The notes below the pieces were generated by a model that was given only the letters and a program-made list of their open reading frames with translations, ran no database searches and was not told where the DNA came from. DNA of 32,000 nucleotides. Source: Collinsella sp. GTDB lineage: Bacteria > Actinomycetota > Coriobacteriia > Coriobacteriales > Coriobacteriaceae. The DNA lies in the NCBI GenBank assembly GCA_019414365.1, contig DXMC01000002.1:1-32000 (forward strand), in the 5' to 3' direction. The position numbers and the translations under genes are program-made. This document shows, piece by piece, positions 9,942 through 18,263 of this stretch (position 1 is its first letter; each line of letters starts with the position of its first letter).

Positions 9942-10415
9942 ATGGATTCCAAAAGACTTGCCGAGATAGCCGATGTTATGGAGGACCGCGGCCTCACGCG
10001 CGTGCGGGTTGAGGAGCCCGATGGCACCGCGGTCGAACTTGAGCGCGCGAGCGCCGCACAGCCGGTTGCCGTGCCCATGCCTATGCCGAGCGCCATGGCC
10101 GCTCCGGTTGCGGCTCCCGCAGTCGCGCCTGCCGCACCGGAGCCCGCCGCGCAGGCGCCCGCCGCCGCACCGGAGCCCAAGGGCGCCGAGGTGACTGCTC
10201 CCATGGTCGGCGTGTTCTATGCTGCCCCGGCGCCGGGCGACGAGCCGTTTGTGCACGTGGGCTCCAAGGTCAAGGCCGGCGAGACCCTCTGCATCATCGA
10301 GGCCATGAAGGTTCTCAACGAGGTGACGGCAGAGGCAGACGGCGAGGTGCTCGAGATCTGCGTGGCCGACGGCGACCTCGTGGAGTTTGGCAGCTGCCTC
10401 ATGAGGATCGGATAG
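9942..10415 (+). CDS. accB: biotin carboxyl carrier protein of acetyl-CoA carboxylase
   Basis: 157 aa. Ala/Pro-rich linker followed by the biotinyl domain with CIIEAMKVLNEV (AMK biotinylation site). Confidence 0.93.
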   Translation: MDSKRLAEIADVMEDRGLTRVRVEEPDGTAVELERASAAQPVAVPMPMPSAMAAPVAAPAVAPAAPEPAAQAPAAAPEPKGAEVTAPMVGVFYAAPAPGDEPFVHVGSKVKAGETLCIIEAMKVLNEVTAEADGEVLEICVADGDLVEFGSCLMRIG

Positions 10416-10847
10416 GTGATATCCATGAACAAAGAAGAGCTCAAGAAGCTATTGCCGCATCGCGATCCGATGCTTTTGCTCGACGAAGCCGAGCTGGTGG
10501 GCGACGAGGCCCACGGCAAGATCACGATTACGGGCGACGAGTACTTTTTGCAGGGGCATTTTCCGGGAAACCCGGTCGTCCCCGGCGTGATTCAGTGCGA
10601 GATGCTCGCCCAGAACTGCTGCGTGCTGCTGATGGGCGATGAGGAGGCGCGCGGCGCGACGCCGTTCTACACGAGTCTGGACAAGGTTCGCTTTAAGCGT
10701 CCGGTGCGCCCGGGCGACACGGTGGATCTGGTGTGCTCCATCACGCGTGCGCGCGGGCCGTTCCGCTTTGCGACGGGTACTGCGAGCGTCAACGGTGAGG
10801 TTTGCTGCCGCGCCGATATGTCTTTTGCACTCATGCACGAAAGTTAA
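10416..10847 (+). CDS. fabZ: 3-hydroxyacyl-ACP dehydratase
   Basis: LPHRDPMLLLD...HFPGNPVVPGV...FKRPVRPGD hot-dog fold motifs. The start is GTG 10416 or ATG 10425. Confidence 0.92.
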   Translation: MISMNKEELKKLLPHRDPMLLLDEAELVGDEAHGKITITGDEYFLQGHFPGNPVVPGVIQCEMLAQNCCVLLMGDEEARGATPFYTSLDKVRFKRPVRPGDTVDLVCSITRARGPFRFATGTASVNGEVCCRADMSFALMHES

Positions 10848-10857
10848 GGAAGGCTTC

Positions 10858-12201
10858 ATGTTCGACAAAGTGCTCATCGCCAACCGCGGCGAAGTCGCGG
10901 TCCGTGTTATCCGCGCGTGCCGCGATATGGGCATCAAGACCGTCGCCGTTTATTCCACGGCCGATGCGGACGCGCTGCACGTGCAGCTTGCCGACGAGGC
11001 GTATTGCATCGGCGGCCCGCGTCTTGCCGAGAGCTACCTCAACGACGATGCCGTGCTCACCTGTGCCGTGAAGTCGGGGGCAAAGGCGATCCATCCTGGC
11101 TACGGTTTCTTTTCCGAGAAGGCGAGCTTCGTGCGCGACTGCGACAAGTATGGTCTAGCGTTTGTCGGTCCCTCGGCCGAGGTCATCGACAGCATGGGCG
11201 ACAAGGATGCCGCACGCCGAACGGCTGCCGCGGCGGGCGTACCCATCGTGCCGGGCTGCGATTTGCTCAAAAGTCCCGAGGAGGCGACGGCCGAGGCCGA
11301 GCGCATTGGCTGCCCCGTGCTCATCAAGGCGCGTGCAGGTGGCGGCGGTCGCGGCATTCGCAAGGTCGAGTGCGTGGAAGACGCGGCAAAGGCGTTCATC
11401 GAGGCGCGTGCCGAGGGCGAGGCCGTTTTTGGCGACGGCGAGTGCTACATGGAGAAGTTCGTAGCGCCGGCCCACCACGTTGAGGTGCAGATTATGGCCG
11501 ATAAGCAGGGCCATGTGTTTTCGCTCGGCGAGCGCGAGTGCTCGGTGCAGCGTCGCAACCAAAAGCTGATCGAGGAGAGCCCCGCGCCGTGCCTCGACGG
11601 ACACGACGACATTCGTGCTCGCATGCACAAGGCGGCGCGTGACCTGGCTCGTGCCGTCGGCTACGAAGGAGCCGGTACCATCGAGTTCCTGTATTCGGAC
11701 GACGGCAATTTCTACTTTATGGAAATGAACACGCGCTTGCAGGTGGAGCATCCGGTTACGGAGTTTGTGACCGATACCGACTTGGTCAAGTGGCAGCTGC
11801 GCGTGGCGGCCGGCCAGCCTTTGCCCTTTGAGCAGGAGGACATGCCGGTCCGCAACCACGCCATGGAGTGCCGCATCAATGCCGAAACGCCGGACTTTCT
11901 GCCGTCATGCGGAACGGTCACCGCGTTGCGTGTACCGGGTGGTCCGCGCGTGCGCTGGGATTCGGCCATGTTCACCGGTGCGACAGTTCCGCCGTACTAC
12001 GACTCCATGCTCGGCAAGCTCATCGTGTGCGCGCCCACGCGTGACGGTGCCATTCGCAAGATGCGCTCGGCCCTGGGCGAGCTCGTGATTGAGGGCGTGA
12101 GCGAAAATAGCGAGCTTCAGCTCGACGTGCTGGCAAACGACGAGTTTTTGTCGGGCATGTATCACACCGATCTGATGGGGCATCTCTATGCTGATGAATA
12201 G
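10858..12201 (+). CDS. accC: acetyl-CoA carboxylase biotin carboxylase subunit
   Basis: 447 aa from ATG 10858 (AAGGAAGG RBS). MFDKVLIANRGEVAVRVIRAC, ATP-grasp GGGGRGIR, EMNTRLQVEHPVTE. The track's upstream extension from 10639 overlaps fabZ and was rejected. Confidence 0.95.
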   Translation: MFDKVLIANRGEVAVRVIRACRDMGIKTVAVYSTADADALHVQLADEAYCIGGPRLAESYLNDDAVLTCAVKSGAKAIHPGYGFFSEKASFVRDCDKYGLAFVGPSAEVIDSMGDKDAARRTAAAAGVPIVPGCDLLKSPEEATAEAERIGCPVLIKARAGGGGRGIRKVECVEDAAKAFIEARAEGEAVFGDGECYMEKFVAPAHHVEVQIMADKQGHVFSLGERECSVQRRNQKLIEESPAPCLDGHDDIRARMHKAARDLARAVGYEGAGTIEFLYSDDGNFYFMEMNTRLQVEHPVTEFVTDTDLVKWQLRVAAGQPLPFEQEDMPVRNHAMECRINAETPDFLPSCGTVTALRVPGGPRVRWDSAMFTGATVPPYYDSMLGKLIVCAPTRDGAIRKMRSALGELVIEGVSENSELQLDVLANDEFLSGMYHTDLMGHLYADE

Positions 12202-13912
12202 AAAAGCGAAGACGGTCAATGTCCTTGAGGGGCCGATAACCGAGTCGTGCGCCGAGTTCCCCGCGCGCCACGTGTTTGTCAAATGCCCGGAGTGCCGCCG
12301 TGTGATCGATGAGGCGCGCCTGCACGACAACCTCGAGGTCTGCCCTCGTTGCGGCAAACACTTTCGCGTGAGCGGTCGCGCGCGCATGCGCATGACGGTC
12401 GACGCGGGTACCTTTGAGGAATGGGATGCCAATCTGGCGTCGAAGGACTTCCTCTCGTTTCCCGGTTATGCCGACAAGCTTAAGAGCGTGAGCGAGCGTT
12501 CGGGCGAGCGCGATGCCGTTGTGTGCGGCAGGGGCAAAATCTGCGGCTGCGATACGGCGCTCTTCTTTATGGATGCCAACTTTATGATGGGCTCAATGGG
12601 CTCCGTGGTGGGCGAGAAGATCTGTCGTGTCTTTGAGCGCGCGGCCGAGTTGGGGCTGCCGGTCGTTGGCTTTACCGTATCGGGCGGCGCCCGCATGCAG
12701 GAGGGCGTGACCTCGCTCATGCAGATGGCCAAGATTTCTGCGGCGGTTAGGCGCCACAGCGAGGCGGGCGGCCTGTATATCACGGTGCTCACCGATCCCA
12801 CGACCGGAGGCGTGACCGCGAGCTTTGCCATGGAGGGCGACATTATCCTGGCCGAGCCCGATGCCCTGACGGCATTTGCCGGCCCGCGCGTGATCGAGCA
12901 GAACATGCACAAGCGTCTGCCCAAGGGATTCCAGCGTTCCGAGTTTTTGCTGGAGCACGGCTTTTGCGATGCCGTTGTTCCGCGTGGTGAGATTGCGCTC
13001 ACGGTAGGCGAGCTGCTGGCGCTGCACGAAGGGCACGCGCCCGGCCTGGGGGCACCGCATGAGATCGTGCATACGGGTCGTCGCGACAAAAAGCTGGGAC
13101 ACTTGTTTAAGCGCTCGGCCGCACCAAAAAGCGCGCTCGAAATCGTCAAACAGACTCGCTCGGCGAACCGCGCCACGGCAGGCGAGATGATCTCGTTGGG
13201 TCTCGACGGATTCGTAGAGCTGCACGGCGACCGCTACTTTGGCGACGATGCTGCCGTGGTGGGCGGCATCGGCTGGAAAGACGGGCGACCCGTGACGGTT
13301 ATCGCCATCGAGCGCGGTACCACGACAAAAGAGCGCATGCGTCGCAACTTTGGTATGGCACATCCCGAGGGCTACCGCAAGGCACGTCGCCTGATGCACC
13401 AAGCCGAGAAATTTGGTCGGCCGGTTCTGTGCCTGGTTGATACTTCGGGCGCGTTTTGCGGCATCGGTGCCGAGGAGCGCGGCCAGGGCGAGGCGATTGC
13501 CCGGAATCTCATGGAGATGAGCGGCCTTAAGACGCCGATTGTCTCGGTGGTGACAGGCGAGGGCGGCTCTGGTGGCGCGCTGGCGCTGTCCGTGGCCGAC
13601 CGCATCCTGATGCTCTCGAGCTCGGCCTATTCGGTCGTGAGCCCCGAGGCCTGTGCGTCGATCCTGTGGAAGGATACCGAGCGCGCGAATGAGGCCGCTG
13701 AGGCGCTTAAGCTCACGGCCCCCGATCTGTTGGCGCTCGGCATCATCGACGGCATTGTTGACGATAGGGGCCTGTCGCATGAGGAGATCGCCGGTGTCGT
13801 CATGTCCTCGGCATTTGATGCCTTCGATACGCTTGGGCAGCTCGACGACGCGACCCTCACAAACCTCCGCTACGAAAAGTACCGCGCAATCGGTCAGTAC
13901 CGCACGATGTGA
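12188..13912 (+). CDS. acetyl-CoA carboxylase carboxyltransferase, fused beta (AccD) and alpha (AccA) subunits
   Basis: 574 aa. The N-terminal half has the AccD zinc ribbon CPECRR...CPRCGKH and SGGARMQEG. The C-terminal half has AccA motifs (FVELHGDRYFGDD, HPEGYRKA, DTSGAFCG, GEGGSGGALA). The start overlaps the accC stop by 14 nt. Confidence 0.9.
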   Translation: MLMNRKAKTVNVLEGPITESCAEFPARHVFVKCPECRRVIDEARLHDNLEVCPRCGKHFRVSGRARMRMTVDAGTFEEWDANLASKDFLSFPGYADKLKSVSERSGERDAVVCGRGKICGCDTALFFMDANFMMGSMGSVVGEKICRVFERAAELGLPVVGFTVSGGARMQEGVTSLMQMAKISAAVRRHSEAGGLYITVLTDPTTGGVTASFAMEGDIILAEPDALTAFAGPRVIEQNMHKRLPKGFQRSEFLLEHGFCDAVVPRGEIALTVGELLALHEGHAPGLGAPHEIVHTGRRDKKLGHLFKRSAAPKSALEIVKQTRSANRATAGEMISLGLDGFVELHGDRYFGDDAAVVGGIGWKDGRPVTVIAIERGTTTKERMRRNFGMAHPEGYRKARRLMHQAEKFGRPVLCLVDTSGAFCGIGAEERGQGEAIARNLMEMSGLKTPIVSVVTGEGGSGGALALSVADRILMLSSSAYSVVSPEACASILWKDTERANEAAEALKLTAPDLLALGIIDGIVDDRGLSHEEIAGVVMSSAFDAFDTLGQLDDATLTNLRYEKYRAIGQYRTM

Positions 13913-13952
13913 CAAAGGGACAGTCCGCATGTCACATTGGGAAAGGCGTTCC

Positions 13953-15167
13953 ATGTCACAAGTTTCTAACACCTCGTTTACAACGACGGTTTCATCAAAC
14001 GCCATGGCCGTGGTGGACTATCTGTCCAAAAGCATGATGTCGGCGTTGCCGTTTATTGTCTGCGCGGCGCTGTTCCGCACCGTTGCCGTCATTATGGGCG
14101 AAGGCATGCTTGGTCTATGGCCTGCCGATTCCGAAATCTATCGCCTGTTTTACAGCTGGCTGTATAACGCTGGCTATTACTTTTTGCCCATCTATCTTGG
14201 TTGGGCCGCTGCCCGCCAGCTCGGTTGCTCGGAGCAGCTGGGCATGATGCTGGGCGGCGTATTGATTGTGCCCGATCTGCTTAAGCTCGTTGATGCCGCA
14301 TCGACGACGGGGGCATCGATGACTTTCGTGTATGGTCTACTTCCCGCGCCGGTCAACGATTACACGACGACTGTTATTCCGGTTCTCATCTCGGTGCCCG
14401 TGCTATGGCAGGTGGAGCGTTTCTTTAAGCGCACTATCCCTCAGGCTGTGGCGTTTTCTTTTGTACCGTTTGCAACCATGCTTGTCATGGTTCCGGTGTC
14501 GCTGTGTGTTACGGCGCCGGCAGGCAGCTATCTGGGCATGCTGTTGGGACAGCTTATGTTTATGCTTGGCAATTCCGGTGGCATCGTGTCGCTGCTCACG
14601 CTCATGGGGCTTGCCGCGGGCTGGGAGTTTCTTAAGATCGCGGGTGTCAGCAACGTTGTCCTATCGCTCGCCTATGCGCAGTTTATGAGTGTGGGAACGG
14701 ATTCGTGCATCCTGATCGCCGCGACGATGGCAACGTTCGCCGTTTGGGGTATGCCCTTTGGCGCGTCGCTCCGCGTTGCGGATAAGGACGAGAAGGCGCT
14801 CATGCTGGGCTATTCAATCTCGGGTATTCTTGGCGGCGTAAGCGAGCCAGCGCTGTACGGATGCGGCTTTAAATATGGCAGGTGTCTGACGTGCATGGCC
14901 GTTGGCGGCGCCGTCGGAGGCCTTGTTGCGGCCGTAGGCCACGTTACGGCTTATACCATCGGTATGACGAATGTTCTTATGGTCATTGGCTTTGCCACGG
15001 GCGGCATCTCGAATCTGCTGTGGTGCTGCGCTGCCGGCGGCGCAGCATTTGCGGTGTCTGCGGCGCTGAGCTGCTGTTTTGGCGTGGTGCCGACAAAGAT
15101 GCAGGCGGCAGAAGACGCAGCTGATTCGCTCGAAACAGTGGCGAGCGCTGCTGAAGCAAGCGCATAA
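13953..15167 (+). CDS. PTS glucose/beta-glucoside-family EIIC-domain permease with no IIB or IIA domain
   Basis: About 404 aa and polytopic-hydrophobic throughout. GGVSEPALYG matches the EIIC GITEPxxFG signature. No cysteine-type IIB segment is visible. The start is ATG 13953 (alternative 13929). The part of the track ORF from 13653 that overlaps accD/A was rejected. Confidence 0.75.
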   Translation: MSQVSNTSFTTTVSSNAMAVVDYLSKSMMSALPFIVCAALFRTVAVIMGEGMLGLWPADSEIYRLFYSWLYNAGYYFLPIYLGWAAARQLGCSEQLGMMLGGVLIVPDLLKLVDAASTTGASMTFVYGLLPAPVNDYTTTVIPVLISVPVLWQVERFFKRTIPQAVAFSFVPFATMLVMVPVSLCVTAPAGSYLGMLLGQLMFMLGNSGGIVSLLTLMGLAAGWEFLKIAGVSNVVLSLAYAQFMSVGTDSCILIAATMATFAVWGMPFGASLRVADKDEKALMLGYSISGILGGVSEPALYGCGFKYGRCLTCMAVGGAVGGLVAAVGHVTAYTIGMTNVLMVIGFATGGISNLLWCCAAGGAAFAVSAALSCCFGVVPTKMQAAEDAADSLETVASAAEASA

Positions 15168-15205
15168 ATCTGTGCGACAAAAGGACGATTCCTTTGTCAT
15201 ATTCC

Positions 15206-15240
15206 AAGGCTGCGGCCCGTGTGGGCTGCGGCCTTTTTGT
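15206..15240 (+). terminator. rho-independent terminator closing the fab-acc-EIIC unit
   Basis: 13-bp stem AAGGCTGCGGCCC / GGGCTGCGGCCTT (two G-U wobbles), GTGT loop, then TTTTTGT. This is the first terminator-like structure after fabH. Confidence 0.7.
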
Positions 15241-15311
15241 ATCTGGAGGACAAAGTGGCTACACTACAATCCGTTTGAGCAATAGATATATAGGTAGTAC
15301 CGTGGGGACTG

Positions 15312-16472
15312 ATGAGGATGGTCGAGTGGATTGTTCGTCGTGCGCAGGGCGACCGTGCGCGCGTGGGAACGTTGACGGGCATAGTGTGTATTCTCGCCAA
15401 TGTTGCGCTTTGCGCTGCGAAGGGTGCAATTGGCGTGCTGTCGGGATCGGTTGCGATTGTGGCGGACGCCATGAACAACCTGTCCGATGCCAGCTCGAAC
15501 ATCGTGAGCGTGCTTGGCTTTAAGCTGGCGGGCAAGCCGGCCGACCCCGAGCATCCTTACGGACATGGCCGCTACGAGTATCTCTCGGGTCTGGTCGTGG
15601 CGGCGCTCGTGCTGCTGATTGGCGTTGAGCTGGTGAAGTCCTCGGTTGAGCGCATCATCCACCCCGAACCTGTCGAGTTCTCGCTTGCCCTGGTGGCAGT
15701 CTTGGTGCTTTCGATGATTGTTAAGCTCTGGATGGCGGCCCTCAACCAAAAGCTCGGCGATCGCATTGAGTCCGAGACGCTGCATGCGACCGCTCAGGAC
15801 TCAAAGAACGATGTCCTAGCTACGGGTGCCGTGCTGGCGTGCGCAATTGTTTCGCAGGTGACGCACATCAATCTTGACGCATGGGTCGGCCTTGCCGTTG
15901 GCGCCTATATCGGCTGGAGCGGCTTTGAGCTCATCCAGGATACGGTGAGCCCGCTTTTGGGTCAGGCACCCGATCCAAAGCTGGTCAAGCACATTCGAGA
16001 CAAGATCATGAGCTACCCCGGCGTTTTGGGCGTTCACGATTTGATGGTTCACGACTACGGCCCGGGCAGGAAGTTCGCAAGCGCTCACGCCGAGATGGCA
16101 GCCGAGGCCAGCCCGCTGGAAAGTCACGACACGCTCGATAACATCGAGCAGCCGTTTAGGGTCGAAGACGGCATGATCGTCACGCTCCATTACGATCCCA
16201 TCGTGACCGACGATCCAAAGGTGGCGAGCATGCGTCTGCGCATCAACGCTATGGCTCAAGAGATTGATAGCCGCCTCTCGATCCACGACCTACGCTGTGT
16301 TCCGGGCCCCACGCATACCAACGTGATCTTTGACTGCGTACGTCCCTCGGATTTGGCGATGAGCGCCGAGGACCTGAAGCGCGCGCTGGCGAAACGGGTC
16401 GAATTCGAATATCCCAAGTCGATTGCCAAGATCACGATCGACGAAGACTATGTCGGCCATACCCACGAGTAG
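15312..16472 (+). CDS. cation diffusion facilitator family divalent-metal efflux transporter
   Basis: 386 aa. SGSVAIVADAMNNLSDA (TM2 metal site) and HPYGHGRYE motifs, six predicted TM segments, and a cytoplasmic C-terminal domain. Confidence 0.88.
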   Translation: MRMVEWIVRRAQGDRARVGTLTGIVCILANVALCAAKGAIGVLSGSVAIVADAMNNLSDASSNIVSVLGFKLAGKPADPEHPYGHGRYEYLSGLVVAALVLLIGVELVKSSVERIIHPEPVEFSLALVAVLVLSMIVKLWMAALNQKLGDRIESETLHATAQDSKNDVLATGAVLACAIVSQVTHINLDAWVGLAVGAYIGWSGFELIQDTVSPLLGQAPDPKLVKHIRDKIMSYPGVLGVHDLMVHDYGPGRKFASAHAEMAAEASPLESHDTLDNIEQPFRVEDGMIVTLHYDPIVTDDPKVASMRLRINAMAQEIDSRLSIHDLRCVPGPTHTNVIFDCVRPSDLAMSAEDLKRALAKRVEFEYPKSIAKITIDEDYVGHTHE

Positions 16473-16511
16473 GGCTGTGCCAGCAAAGCAAGTTATACAG
16501 AAGGGGAGAGC

Positions 16512-17138
16512 ATGAAGCGTCTATATCTACTCCGCCACGGTCAGACAGAATTCAACGTTAAAAAGCTCGTCCAGGGCCGCTGCGATTCTCCGTTGACCGA
16601 CCTGGGCCGCAAACAAGCGGGAATGGCGGCCGCATGGCTCAAGGACCACGGCGTCGTTCCCGACAAAGTGGTCTCTTCGCCCTTAGGCCGAGCCATGGAC
16701 ACGGCTCAGCTCGTCGCATGCGAGCTCCTCGGCCCGGACACAGCAGTCGAGCCCTGCGAAGGCATCATCGAGCGCAGCTACGGCACCTTCGAAGAAGGCC
16801 CCCACGACGCCCTGCCCACCGACGTCTGGGATCCAGGCGAGGACTTAATCCCATTCGGAGGAGAAGGAAGCCAGGCACTGCAAGAGCGCATGGTAGACAC
16901 CCTCACCAATATCATGGGCGCCGAGGGCATCGAAACCCTCCTAGCAGTAAGCCACGGCAGCGCCAGCCGCCAATTCATAAAGGCTGCAGCCCCAGAGGGC
17001 TTCGGGCTCCCAACAAAACTCCCCAACTGCGCCATCATGATCTTCGATTTTGATGAGGCAAAGCCACAAGCAGAAGGCGAGTCAATGCAACGCAAGTTCA
17101 CCCTCCAGCAAATAGTGGATCCCCAACAAAGTAATTAG
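16512..17138 (+). CDS. histidine phosphatase family protein (phosphoglycerate-mutase-like)
   Basis: 208 aa. LLRHGQTEFN catalytic RHG motif, SPLGRA, and VSHG near the C-terminal half. Confidence 0.82.
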   Translation: MKRLYLLRHGQTEFNVKKLVQGRCDSPLTDLGRKQAGMAAAWLKDHGVVPDKVVSSPLGRAMDTAQLVACELLGPDTAVEPCEGIIERSYGTFEEGPHDALPTDVWDPGEDLIPFGGEGSQALQERMVDTLTNIMGAEGIETLLAVSHGSASRQFIKAAAPEGFGLPTKLPNCAIMIFDFDEAKPQAEGESMQRKFTLQQIVDPQQSN

Positions 17139-17167
17139 CTGAGCGAGCAGAGTTAAGCAGACATCAA

Positions 17168-17345
17168 CGTGGCGTTCCCAGTGTGCGGCGGAGGGGGCGG
17201 GCCTGAGACATATTAAGGTTGTCGCGAGTTCCGCACGAACAGGAGAGCACTTAATGTGCTCTCCGTCGTGAGCAGGACTGTAGAGCAGCAACCTTAATAT
17301 GTCTCAGGCCCGCCCCCTCCGCCGCACACTGGGAACGTGCCACGC
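17168..17345. repeat. 178-bp long inverted repeat with nested central hairpin
   Basis: Arms 17174-17221 and 17290-17337 are perfectly complementary over 48 nt, extendable to 17168/17345 across a 2-nt bulge. The 68-nt spacer contains its own hairpin, GGAGAGCAC-TTAAT-GTGCTCTCC (17242-17264). Confidence 0.9.
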
Positions 17346-17472
17346 ACTTTACCTGCGTAAACAATGTGAGTGAAATATGAATCTCGATGGATACGCCCGC
17401 AGCCGTGTATACTAAACAGCTGTGTGAAACCAGGGGAGTATTCTGGCTGGACAAAATGCCTGCTTAATAGGG

Positions 17473-17500
17473 TTGTCAGGTAGTCCGGGCGCAATACAAG
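17473..17500 (+). promoter_or_regulatory. candidate promoter for the rplC-led ribosomal protein unit
   Basis: TTGTCA (17473-17478), 16-nt spacer, TACAAG (17495-17500), about 100 nt upstream of rplC. Weak hexamer match only. Confidence 0.25.
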
Positions 17501-17596
17501 ACTGGGGAGCACGTCGTGTAAGTAGTGGTCCTCTAGGGGCGTACGCTCGGTGGTGTACGCATTGTCCCAAGACCACGCGAGAGTTGGGATCATATC

Positions 17597-18217
17597 TTGA
17601 TCAGCATGATTCTCGGCCGCAAGATTGGCATGACCCAGGTTTGGGACGAGGACGATAACGTCGTTCCCGTCACGGTCATCCAGGCTGGCCCCTGCGCTGT
17701 CTCGCAGGTTAAAACTCAGGCAACCGACGGCTATGACGCCGTCCAGATCGGTTTCGGCGACATCAAGGCCAAGAACGTGAACAAGCCCATGGCTGGTCAC
17801 TTCGCCAAGGCTGGCGTCGAGCCTGTCCGCTTCCTTCGTGAGGTCCGCGTCGAGAACGGCGAGGAGCACAAGGTCGGCGAGGTCGTCACCGTCGCTGATT
17901 TCGCTGATGTCGAGAAGGTCGACGTCATCGGTACCTCCAAGGGTAAGGGCTTCCAGGGTCGCATCAAGCGCTGGGGTCAGCGCCGCGGTCCTATGACGCA
18001 TGGTTCTCACTTCCAGCGTCACCCCGGTTCTATCGGTCAGTGCGCCTATCCTGCGCGCGTCCTCAAGGGCGTCAAGATGGCCGGTCACATGGGTAACGAG
18101 CGCGTTACCGTCAAGAACCTTTCCGTTGTCCGCATCGATGCCGAGCAGAACCTCATCTTGGTCAAGGGCGCTGTCCCGGGTGCCAAGAATGGTCTCGTCG
18201 CCATCCGTATGGCCTAA
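17597..18217 (+). CDS. rplC: 50S ribosomal protein L3
   Basis: [10 protein letters not shown]...VTVIQAGPC...GKGFQG..KRW is canonical L3. The start is TTG 17597 or, perhaps more likely, ATG 17606. Confidence 0.96.
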   Translation: MISMILGRKIGMTQVWDEDDNVVPVTVIQAGPCAVSQVKTQATDGYDAVQIGFGDIKAKNVNKPMAGHFAKAGVEPVRFLREVRVENGEEHKVGEVVTVADFADVEKVDVIGTSKGKGFQGRIKRWGQRRGPMTHGSHFQRHPGSIGQCAYPARVLKGVKMAGHMGNERVTVKNLSVVRIDAEQNLILVKGAVPGAKNGLVAIRMA

Positions 18218-18263
18218 GGGCCCAGCCCATTTAGCCCAGCGTCATACCAAGGAGAACACTTAA

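Noticed and set aside
12593-14005. 470-aa minus-strand ORF. Similar long antisense ORFs occur at 18231-19289, 19340-20218, 20424-21407, 17294-18088, 6798-7697, 10449-10937 and 24918-25790.
   Set aside because: All are antisense to genes with unambiguous family signatures on the + strand, and none has a recognisable motif.
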